A stretch of 64,000 nucleotides of DNA from an uncultured Ruminococcus sp. (lineage in GTDB: Bacteria; Bacillota; Clostridia; Monoglobales; Monoglobaceae): NCBI GenBank assembly GCA_902797885.1, contig CADBUP010000171.1, positions 17,687-81,686 on the forward strand, read 5' to 3'. The translations under genes were made by a program, and so were the position numbers. The notes below the pieces were generated by a model. It was not told the origin of the DNA and made no database searches. It saw nothing but the letters and a program-made list of their open reading frames with translations. Of the stretch, positions 1-7,370 are shown in pieces (within the stretch, counting starts at the first letter, position 1; every line of letters begins with the position of its first letter).

Positions 1-270
1 TTCGGCCAGAATATGGACGATATTCTTACTCAGCTCAGTGAAGGCGATCTGATTGGTGCTGTGGAATGCTCTATCAATGTTGTGAAGCGCATGAATGTTG
101 CCGAGAGTATGTCCTTTGATCCGTTTATTGACTATATTAAGTCCTGCCGTGGAAAGTGTATTGTCACGGAAGATGGACAAGAAATGACTACGACAGAAGC
201 AGTTGCATATTTGAAGGAGAAGAATCATGAAGCGTCATCTAACACAACTGGAGAAGCAGACGTTGCTTAA
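1..270 (+). CDS. hypothetical protein, 5'-truncated by window edge
   Basis: Frame is open from nt 1 and stops at TAA 268-270. Overlaps the next gene by 44 nt. No motif recognised. Confidence 0.35.
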   Translation, partial: FGQNMDDILTQLSEGDLIGAVECSINVVKRMNVAESMSFDPFIDYIKSCRGKCIVTEDGQEMTTTEAVAYLKEKNHEASSNTTGEADVA

Positions 271-1291
271 TGAATTTGAAAAACACCTGAACGAAGTGAC
301 GGACGGAAAGGTGTCGTTTACAAAAACCATTACGTCGCCTGAAAAGATTAAGATCTTCTATACGCCGGAAGCCTTTTCCAAGACGGTTCGGCTGATCATG
401 TCCCATACAATGGAAGTCGCTTGGCATTGTCTTGTCAGAAAGAAGGATAACAACTATGAAGTATATGACGTGTTGTCCTATCCTCAGACGGTTGGTCCCG
501 CTCACGTTCATGTAAAGATGGGAAGAACCTTTGGTGACGGAAATCCAAAGGATCCTACGAAGTATTATACAGACTGGTACAATGAAGTGGTTCTGAGCAT
601 GCCGGAAGAGGAAGAAGCGAATCTTTGCGGTCAGTGCCATTCACATGTAAATATGGGCACCACGCCGTCTTCTGTCGATATGGCTCAGCAGAAGGAAGAG
701 TTGGAATTGAAAGGCGGCACAGGTTATTATCTGTTCCAAATTTGGAATAAGAAACTGGAAGTAAACTCTTTCCTGTATGATCTGGACGCTGGCGTTATTT
801 ATGAAAAGGAAGACATCGAGGTCGTTGTTGAAGATGACGACTTTACAGAAATGTCTCATAAAATGCTGTTCCAGCAGGAACCGGAAAAACCTAAGCTTCC
901 AGAGAAGAAGAAAGAAACACCTAAAAAGGTAGTCGATTACACAAAGGAAACCGATTACGACAGATATAGCCGATATGACAGATATGGCGACAGCTACTAT
1001 GACTATGGTTATGGCTATGATTATGGCTGGAAAAATCTTCACAATTATTCTATCGGAGCAGAGGCTGACAATGTGTCAGTTAACCTGATTATTGAAGCTC
1101 ACAGCGTTGCCGAAGCAGAATATCTGTTCCAGGAATGGGCCGATGAAAATTTAGATTATTTGTCCACCATTCTGGAAGAAGCAGGAGCAAAGAACACAGA
1201 AGAAATAAGTTTCTCAAAGGCTACGTGGGTTCCAGATCATGAAATTATTGATATACCATATGAAGAGCTAATGGGAGTTGAATCAATTTGA
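227..1291 (+). CDS. JAB/MPN (JAMM) metalloprotease-domain protein with Tyr/Asp/Gly-rich linker and extra C-terminal domain
   Basis: AAGGAG RBS upstream of the ATG. Glu63 (TMEVAW), then H138-S-H140-x7-S148-x2-D151 (CHSHVNMGTTPSSVD, nt 638-679), which is the canonical JAMM motif. Confidence 0.7.
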   Translation: MKRHLTQLEKQTLLNEFEKHLNEVTDGKVSFTKTITSPEKIKIFYTPEAFSKTVRLIMSHTMEVAWHCLVRKKDNNYEVYDVLSYPQTVGPAHVHVKMGRTFGDGNPKDPTKYYTDWYNEVVLSMPEEEEANLCGQCHSHVNMGTTPSSVDMAQQKEELELKGGTGYYLFQIWNKKLEVNSFLYDLDAGVIYEKEDIEVVVEDDDFTEMSHKMLFQQEPEKPKLPEKKKETPKKVVDYTKETDYDRYSRYDRYGDSYYDYGYGYDYGWKNLHNYSIGAEADNVSVNLIIEAHSVAEAEYLFQEWADENLDYLSTILEEAGAKNTEEISFSKATWVPDHEIIDIPYEELMGVESI

Positions 1292-1956
1292 ATTTATCGA
1301 AAAGCTTTGAATTCTTTGATCCTGATAAGCTCAACGGCCGCATCCATATTATCGGGTGCGGCTCCGTTGGCTCTACGGTGGCAGAACTGCTGGCGCGTTT
1401 CGGGATTAAGGAATTCGTATTGTATGATTTTGATGTTGTAATGCCTCATAACATCGTAAATCAAATGTTTACGAGTAAGCATTTATATCGGCCGAAAACC
1501 GAATGCGTTGCGGAAATGCTGAAGGATATCAACCCGGAAGTAAACGTCAAAATTGAACCGGAAGGCTGGAAAGATCAGCAATTGGATGGTTATGTCTTTC
1601 TTGCGGTTGATAATATTGAGCTTCGCAAAAAGATTGTTGAAGACAATAAATACAACACTTATGTGAAGGCTATGTTCGATTTCAGAACCGGACTCACAGA
1701 CGCGCAGCATTACGCTGCTGATTGGTCCGATATGAAGTCCAAGAAAGCATTTGCCAGCACTATGGAGTTTACGCACGAAGAAGCTGTTCAAACTACTCAA
1801 ATGTCTGCCTGCCAGGTCAGCATGTGTGTGGCTCCTACAGTGAGAATGATCGCAAATGTAGGCGTTGCCAACTTCATTAACTTCGCTAAAGGAGAACATC
1901 TGTATAAACAGATCCCCATTGACGCATTTCAATTTACAGTAGACGCAATAGGATAA
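1288..1956 (+). CDS. ThiF/MoeB/E1-like adenylyltransferase-fold protein
   Basis: IHIIGCGSVGSTVAELLARFG is a Rossmann GxGxxG, followed by VLYDFDVV...NIVNQ. TTG start overlaps the JAB stop by 4 nt, suggesting translational coupling. Confidence 0.7.
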   Translation: MNLSKSFEFFDPDKLNGRIHIIGCGSVGSTVAELLARFGIKEFVLYDFDVVMPHNIVNQMFTSKHLYRPKTECVAEMLKDINPEVNVKIEPEGWKDQQLDGYVFLAVDNIELRKKIVEDNKYNTYVKAMFDFRTGLTDAQHYAADWSDMKSKKAFASTMEFTHEEAVQTTQMSACQVSMCVAPTVRMIANVGVANFINFAKGEHLYKQIPIDAFQFTVDAIG

Positions 1957-2267
1957 ACCGAGAAATGATTACCTAATAAAATTAGGATCTACTGATGTTA
2001 TCGATAGAAAATTCTTGATAGGGTATAAGGAGCCCACTAGCGATGCTGCCTGGACCCTCTCAAAAATGTCTGCACGCAATCTAGATGTCTGCACGCACAA
2101 ACGTAGAACACAAATAACTTTCAAAATTAGATAAACTAATGAAACCGGCTAAGAGCAAAGCAATCATCAGAAAAGTTATCGAAGAACTACTTACTAGTCG
2201 GGACTAGGAGGCCTTCCAGAGCTGCCTGGGCAAGGATCTATACTTAATTTAGATTTCGGAGTTTATT
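1957..2267 (+). ncRNA. candidate RT-associated non-coding RNA (retron msr/msd-like or DRT-template-like); unproven
   Basis: 311 nt with no ORF immediately 5' of the RT. Tandem 13-nt duplication ATGTCTGCACGCA (2066-2078, 2085-2097). GCTGCCTGG occurs twice (2045-2053, 2221-2229). CCCACTAG (2033-2040) is complementary to CTAGTCGGG (2194-2202). Confidence 0.3.
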
Positions 2268-3175
2268 ATGATATACGTAACTGTAAAACAAAAAAGAAAT
2301 GACAAACAATTGAAATGGGAAGATTTTCTGTTTAACGAAGATCCTAAAATTCCAAAAATTCACTATGATGAAACCGGAACAATTACGCGAAAATTATTTG
2401 GCCCAAGCAAAGAGATGCTAAAGAGCGTAAATGTTCCGGGTATGATCGCTCTCTTGAAAGGATTTAACACGAAATATTCTTCTTTGTTTGAAAAGAACAA
2501 AGAAGAATTGTACGATCATTTCAAAATTCCAAAGAAAACAGGCGGGTTCAGGCCTATTGACGCGCCTAAGGACGAACTTCAAACAGCACTGAGAGAGCTT
2601 GTTTTTATTCTATCGGAAAAGTTTGGTCTTCTTTACCATACGGCCGCCTTTGCATATGTGAAGGGGCGCTGTATCACAGACGCGGTAAAGAAACACCAAA
2701 TCAATGAGAGCAATTGGATCCTGAAAACAGATTTCAGCGGCTTCTTTCCGTCCACTACATTGGATTTTGCCATGAGCATGATGTCTATGTTGTGGCCCGT
2801 AAGCGAGATATGCAAAACGAAGGCAGGCGAAGATGAATTAAGAAAAGCGCTAAGCCTTGGATTTCTTAACAATTCTTTGCCGCAAGGCACAGTTTTGTCT
2901 CCTATGCTTACAAATTTGATCATGATTCCCATAGATTACACATTATTCAACGAATTTGCTCATAGGAGATTCGTGTATACCAGATATGCGGATGACATTC
3001 ATATCAGCTGTGTTCAAAGCTTTGATATGGATGAAGTTGTTCAAATGATTAAAGAAGCGTTAGAAATCTTTCATGCGCCATACGAAATTAAGAAAGAAAA
3101 GACGCATTATGGATCCAGAAAAGGCAGAAATAAAATTCTTGGCCTGTCTTTGAATGCTGAAAATAACATAACGGT
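2268..3175 (+). CDS. reverse transcriptase, retron/Abi/DRT class, exon 1
   Basis: FRPIDAP; AAFAYVKGRCITDAVKKH...KTDFSGFFPS (retron-like NAxxH/FFxS region); LPQGTVLSPMLTNL; YTRYADDIHIS (YADD, nt 2984-2995); ILGLSLN (VTG-like region). The ORF runs into an intron. Confidence 0.8.
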
Positions 3176-4362
3176 TGGATAAAACGCTTGTCCCTTTAAA
3201 CTGAAAAGTTTATCGATAACATGGTGAACCTGTAAATGCAGGGTGTCTTAATTTATTAAGGCTAACGGGGAAATCTAAACAATATACATAACACTGAAAC
3301 TATGATATAATACCACCAAAGAAAGGTGGTGGCTTTATGCGCTATAAAGACTTGACTGGGCAAAGATTCTTTTGGTTAACAGTAATAAGAAAATTCGACG
3401 ATCCTAATAGTAAAGAAGTAAAGTGGTTGTGTAAATGTGATTGTGGAAACGAAGTCGTCGTAACTGCTGCAAATTTAAAATCTGGGAATACAAAATCATG
3501 TGGTTGTTATTACCGATCGGAAAGATTAAGAGCCAACATAATAGGCAAACAATTTGGTTTTTTGACAGCAATAAAAAGAATAAACTCCAAAGATGTTTTA
3601 TGCAAATGTTTGTGTGGAAATGAAATAGTTGTTTCATATTCAAATTTAACAAGCGGGAACACGAGATCGTGTGGATGTGCGCTTGTAAGATTTATATTGA
3701 ACGATAAATTAACAAACTTGACAGGAAGAATATTTGGAGAATTATTAGTAATTGCTAGATACGGTGATATGAAAGGTAATAGAAACCCAAAATGGCTTTG
3801 TCGTTGCTCTTGCGGAAGATATACTATAGTAGATGGAGAAAAACTAAAGAGTGGACACACGCAATCATGCGGTTGCATGAAAAACAGTTTGCCAGAATCT
3901 ATTATTGTTAATTATCTAAGATCGCACAACGTATCCTATGAAAAAGAATATAAATTCAAAGATTTAAGAAGTGAAAAAGGATATCCACTAAGATTTGATT
4001 TTAAAATTAATACAGAAAACAGTTTTTTCTTATTGGAGTATCAAGGACAACAACACTACTTAAATCACGACGACTTTGGAAAGCAGCAAAGAGAAGTTAC
4101 TGATAAGCAAAAGAAAGATTATTGTATGAAAAATAATATCGAATTAATTGAAATAAAATACGATGAAGAGATAGTTTCAGTTCTGGAAAAAATATTAATT
4201 GAACATTGTATATTGCATGACAATCCCGTGCCAAGCTCTGACCAAGAGAAGGTGTAACGACTATCCCGCGAGGGAGTAGCTTCTACGTGAAACTCGTAGT
4301 CGCGAAGCGCCATGCATCCTAATATGGATGATGATATAGTCTAGCTTTATGGAAACATAAAG
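3176..4362 (+). mobile_element. group I intron (family 1) interrupting the RT gene
   Basis: GGTGAACC (3223-3230), GCTAACGGGGAAATCTAAAC (3261-3280), CCCGTGCCAAG (4224-4234), GAAGGTGTAACGACTATCC (4248-4266) and GATATAGTC (4333-4341, P7 3' strand). The same blocks recur in five other loci. Boundaries are accurate to a few nt. Confidence 0.75.
3337..4257 (+). CDS. intron-encoded homing endonuclease: 3 tandem CxCxCG...SCGC zinc modules + Vsr/DUF559-like PD-(D/E)XK domain
   Basis: AAAGGTGGTG RBS. Three ~50-aa repeats (e.g. WLCKCDCGNEVVVTAANLKSGNTKSCGC). C-terminal LRFDF...LLEYQGQQHY...TDKQKKDYC...IELIEIKY. Confidence 0.75.
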   Translation: MRYKDLTGQRFFWLTVIRKFDDPNSKEVKWLCKCDCGNEVVVTAANLKSGNTKSCGCYYRSERLRANIIGKQFGFLTAIKRINSKDVLCKCLCGNEIVVSYSNLTSGNTRSCGCALVRFILNDKLTNLTGRIFGELLVIARYGDMKGNRNPKWLCRCSCGRYTIVDGEKLKSGHTQSCGCMKNSLPESIIVNYLRSHNVSYEKEYKFKDLRSEKGYPLRFDFKINTENSFFLLEYQGQQHYLNHDDFGKQQREVTDKQKKDYCMKNNIELIEIKYDEEIVSVLEKILIEHCILHDNPVPSSDQEKV

Positions 4363-4594
4363 ACCCACTGGGCGGGAAAAGAAGTACTGGAAAAGTGCCA
4401 CAAACAACCTGATCATGGACTATAAGAACGGCAAGATTTGGGATGTTGACGACATCCGACACTACGAAGGGTTGCTTTCGTATTACAAAATGGTTGAACC
4501 GGATTGTTTTGATCAGCTGGTGAAACACTATGAAGAGAAGTATCACGTTAGTTTAAAGAAGATCATCAAATATTCTTTGAATAACGGCTGGTAA
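4363..4594 (+). CDS. reverse transcriptase, exon 2 (inferred)
   Basis: Open frame from 4361 to TAA 4592-4594 (PTGREKKYW...LEGLLSYYKMVEPDCFDQLVKHY). Joining 3175|4363 keeps the frame (GT+A=Val), giving 379 aa in total. Confidence 0.55.
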
Positions 4595-4599
4595 AGAGC

Positions 4600-5130
4600 G
4601 ATGCCAACAGTTTAAGAAACTGGGATCTGGTGTAATCAAATCTATCTTTACATGAAGGTAAAAATTACTTCAGAGTCGTCATCATAAATGTTTTAAAGCT
4701 CCGTTTTAAAACATTTCTTCTGACGACTCTGAAGTAATTAATAGTAAAATAAATCCTTACCAAATAATTTAAGGATTTATTTAGATCGCTCCATGTGGAG
4801 TTTAGGGTCACTCCCTAAACTTCGCTACCTCTCCAGCTTTTAGCTGGTGTTATCTTCTCCTTTCGTCCGTCGGACTCGTCACCCGACGGACATTATCCTG
4901 AAATTTTAATCTGCGGTGGCGGAATAAACACAAGCGGAATTGAATAAATAAACTATGTTTATTTGATAATCCGCAGTGGACGCAATAACAACGCTCATGC
5001 GAAGCGAGTTGTGTCAGTAGACGCTTATCAGCCTAAGGCGAATAGTTTCAAACAGGTTTTGCGATAAAGGCATATAATTCCTGCTCACTATCAATGTCGC
5101 TATGTGTGGTGGAAATCCACACCCGCAGTA
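4600..5130 (+). ncRNA. candidate large structured RNA / multi-hairpin region (function unknown)
   Basis: About 530 nt with no credible ORF. Hairpin 4663-4739 has a 19-bp outer stem and a 12-bp inner stem. Further hairpins at 4747-4782, 4800-4820, 4834-4848 and 4865-4891, followed by the repeat module 4916-5123. Confidence 0.3.
5099..5123 (+). repeat. 25-nt exact repeat GCTATGTGTGGTGGAAATCCACACC, copy A (contains hairpin GTGTGG/CCACAC)
   Basis: Identical to 6256-6280. Lies about 20 nt upstream of the ATG at 5143. Confidence 0.9.
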
Positions 5131-5142
5131 AAGGAGAACTAT

Positions 5143-5535
5143 ATGCATACGATATTAGTGTCAGAAAAATATTACTTCAGTGATGAAGATATGGAAAACA
5201 TTGTTGTCACGGCGTTAGAAGACGGTATTGGCTATTGGGCTTGTTTGGATAATTCCGATGTGGAGCCACGGGATTGGGGTGACTGGACAAAGAAGCCAAA
5301 GGATATGCCTACATCAGTATATGCCTGGAAAATCATTCAATCTGGCGGCACTCTGCACTTCTTGGATGCAGAAGACGAGACAGCGGAATATTACTTTAGC
5401 CTGGTAAACCTATATACAGGCATCAGTATGGCGATAGGATCTGGTATGTGGGACGGAGACATTGATATATTGGATTCGAGTGTTGCCGATGCTATCTTTC
5501 AATATGGACTATTTGGAAAGTTGGTATATTCATGA
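5143..5535 (+). CDS. hypothetical protein
   Basis: AAGGAG RBS 8 nt upstream of ATG 5143. ATGA stop/start overlap with the next ORF. Confidence 0.7.
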   Translation: MHTILVSEKYYFSDEDMENIVVTALEDGIGYWACLDNSDVEPRDWGDWTKKPKDMPTSVYAWKIIQSGGTLHFLDAEDETAEYYFSLVNLYTGISMAIGSGMWDGDIDILDSSVADAIFQYGLFGKLVYS

Positions 5536-5936
5536 GCAATTGGACGCATGTAGCCGGAATAATCCGGCTGGACTCGTTTCGGATCGATATGTATCCAGAG
5601 CCAAACTTCGATAAACTTTTCGGAAAGAAACTAAATTATGGAAATTGGGAAGACGCACGGAAACATCCTGAAAAATATCTTCCGTTCGGCAGTGAAGGCT
5701 CACTTGATAAATCAGTGTGGGTAAATCCAGAAAAAAGCAGTATTCCTGCGTATACGGTTTCGATCTTTGGCGATCTGAGAGATCATGATTCAGTCAAAGA
5801 TATTATCGAATGGTTCAAAGAAAAGTGTAAATTCTGTAACTCTGACAATACACATGTTTGGGTGCGGCAGGCGACTATTACAGCATCTAACGAGCGATAC
5901 GGAACAGAGTCTTGGACATACGAAGAAGAAGCTTAA
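5532..5936 (+). CDS. hypothetical protein
   Basis: Translationally coupled ORF of 134 aa. No motif recognised. Confidence 0.65.
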   Translation: MSNWTHVAGIIRLDSFRIDMYPEPNFDKLFGKKLNYGNWEDARKHPEKYLPFGSEGSLDKSVWVNPEKSSIPAYTVSIFGDLRDHDSVKDIIEWFKEKCKFCNSDNTHVWVRQATITASNERYGTESWTYEEEA

Positions 5937-5954
5937 TCCCGCGAAAGCGGGTAC

Positions 5955-6025
5955 GCAGCCGTAATGTAATGGCAACATATTTGCCTTCCAAGCAAAATTT
6001 GCGGGTTCGAATCCCGTCGGCTGCT
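5955..6025 (+). tRNA. tRNA-Gly (anticodon UCC); CCA follows at 6026-6028
   Basis: Hand-folded cloverleaf: acceptor GCAGCCG/CGGCTGC, D stem ATGT/ACAT, anticodon stem TTTGC/GCAAA with loop CTTCCAA, T arm GCGGG-TTCGAAT-CCCGT. Confidence 0.85.
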
Positions 6026-6028
6026 CCA

Positions 6029-6667
6029 AGGGAAAACGTGCGCTAAAATCTTCAAAGTGACCCTGCAAACGGTAAAAGAAGATTGACTGATAGGAAAGAC
6101 TATCGTTTTGCTGTGGCGGAATAGACAACCATAATCAAACCAATGCGCTTGGATTGGGAAGTTGGCAAGCAAATTATACAAGTTGCTTGTAGTAGACGCT
6201 TAAAACGTAAGGCTTGTCGCCGGTAAGCCCTTTGTGGAGCCGTGGCCGCAGTACTGCTATGTGTGGTGGAAATCCACACCGGCAAAACAATAGACCTGCC
6301 AGCGCCTCTGCTTAGCACGCGTACCTTGGGGGCACCGCATAACCGAACGCGGTATATAAGATTATGTAACTACGGTTGTTAGTGTTACTGCGCAGAGATG
6401 AAAGCTAACGTAAAAATTCTCAGCGCGTTTAACTTTGGTAAGGGCCCCGCACGCTGAGACAAGTGACGCGAACCATGCTGGGACTTTTATATGGTCTTTT
6501 GATATCTTCGGATTGAGAAAGTATGAAAACGGACGTGTCCATAAAAAAAGAAAGCCCAAATTTAAAGCCTGTAATAATCCTAGGTATATTACCAGCTTCT
6601 CACAACAGTCCAGTTCATATCGGCTTTCGGATAACCAACCATTTCGGATTGCATTGTGAGAACTTAT
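6029..6667 (+). ncRNA. candidate large structured ncRNA between two tRNAs (ROOL/GOLLD-class is a hypothesis only)
   Basis: About 640 nt with only short mutually overlapping ORFs on both strands. Visibly more GC-rich than its surroundings. Hairpins at 6166-6189, 6209-6232, 6261-6279 and 6390-6427. Flanked directly by tRNA-Gly and tRNA-Pro. Confidence 0.3.
6256..6280 (+). repeat. 25-nt exact repeat GCTATGTGTGGTGGAAATCCACACC, copy B
   Basis: Identical to 5099-5123. Part of a larger shared module (6113-6280 versus 4916-5123). Confidence 0.9.
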
Positions 6668-6740
6668 CTGGGTGTAGCGCAGTTGGCAGCGTGCCTGATT
6701 TGGGATCAGGAGGCCGCCGGTTCAAATCCGGCCACTCAGA
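6668..6740 (+). tRNA. tRNA-Pro (anticodon UGG)
   Basis: Acceptor CTGGGTG/CACTCAG (one G-U), anticodon stem CCTGA/TCAGG with loop TTTGGGA, T arm GCCGG-TTCAAAT-CCGGC. Confidence 0.85.
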
Positions 6741-6766
6741 TTAACAAAAAAAGGAGACAGATATCT

Positions 6767-7255
6767 ATGCCGTTGGAAGATAAATATTATTACATTGTCA
6801 GAAAACTGATCGAAGAAAAGAAAACGATTTCCACTATGGAAAGCTGCACCGGCGGATTCATTGCCTCTATGATTACCGATATTCCAGCCGCTTCAGAAGT
6901 AATAAAAGGCGCATTTGTAACATACAGTAATGAAGCTAAAATCAAACAAGGTGTACCTGAATGGATAATTAAATCGCGTGGTGTGTACTCAAATGAAACA
7001 GCATATATGATGGCCTACGCTTGTGCAAGACAGTATAACTCAAACGTTGGAATTGGTATCACGGGATGCTTCGGTAGCATAGATCCGCAAAATAAAGACG
7101 GCGTTCCTGGCGTTGTGGATATCGCAATTGTAGACGGAATTTACTCTGATTCGTGGACAAAAACGTTCGGCCCGTTTGGTTCTCGGCATGATTATAAAAT
7201 TGCCGTAGCTGATTTCGTAGCAGATAAACTAATGGAAATCCTGGAGATCGCCTGA
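6767..7255 (+). CDS. pncC: CinA C-terminal-domain / nicotinamide-mononucleotide deamidase-like protein
   Basis: AAGGAG RBS. ISTMESCTGGFIASMITDIPAASEVIKGAFVTYSNEAK matches the ESCTGG...G.V.YSN signature of the CinA/PncC family. The upstream in-frame extension overlaps tRNA-Pro and is rejected. Confidence 0.7.
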   Translation: MPLEDKYYYIVRKLIEEKKTISTMESCTGGFIASMITDIPAASEVIKGAFVTYSNEAKIKQGVPEWIIKSRGVYSNETAYMMAYACARQYNSNVGIGITGCFGSIDPQNKDGVPGVVDIAIVDGIYSDSWTKTFGPFGSRHDYKIAVADFVADKLMEILEIA

Positions 7256-7270
7256 CGGTCTCCCCTATCT

Positions 7271-7343
7271 GCGCCTGTAGCCAAGAGGATAAGGCCGCGC
7301 TCTTCTAAAGCGCTATTCGCGGGTTCGATCCCTGCCAGGCGCG
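7271..7343 (+). tRNA. tRNA-Arg (anticodon UCU)
   Basis: Acceptor GCGCCTG/CAGGCGC, anticodon stem GCGCT/AGCGC with loop CTTCTAA, T arm GCGGG-TTCGATC-CCTGC. Confidence 0.85.
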
Positions 7344-7370
7344 TTTTATTTCGCTATAAGGAGAAGTATT

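Noticed and set aside
4319-4546. 75-aa minus-strand ORF
   Set aside because: Antisense to the inferred RT exon 2 and the intron 3' end. No RBS.
1957-5130. Diversity-generating retroelement (RT + template/variable repeats)
   Set aside because: RT motif 4 is retron-like (LPQGTVLSP) rather than the DGR (I/L)GxxxSQ type. The only repeats near the RT (4916-5123 / 6113-6280) are non-coding, and their differences are not adenine-specific. No Avd-like gene is present.
5790-6744. Cluster of 60-110-aa ORFs on both strands (5790-6128, 5933-6181, 6100-6318, 6362-6559, 6435-6659, 6523-6744)
   Set aside because: They overlap each other and the tRNA-Gly and tRNA-Pro genes, and lack RBSs. The region is better explained as RNA genes.
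6656-6766. N-terminal extension of the pncC ORF
   Set aside because: The extension is the tRNA-Pro gene read as protein. A canonical RBS precedes ATG 6767.
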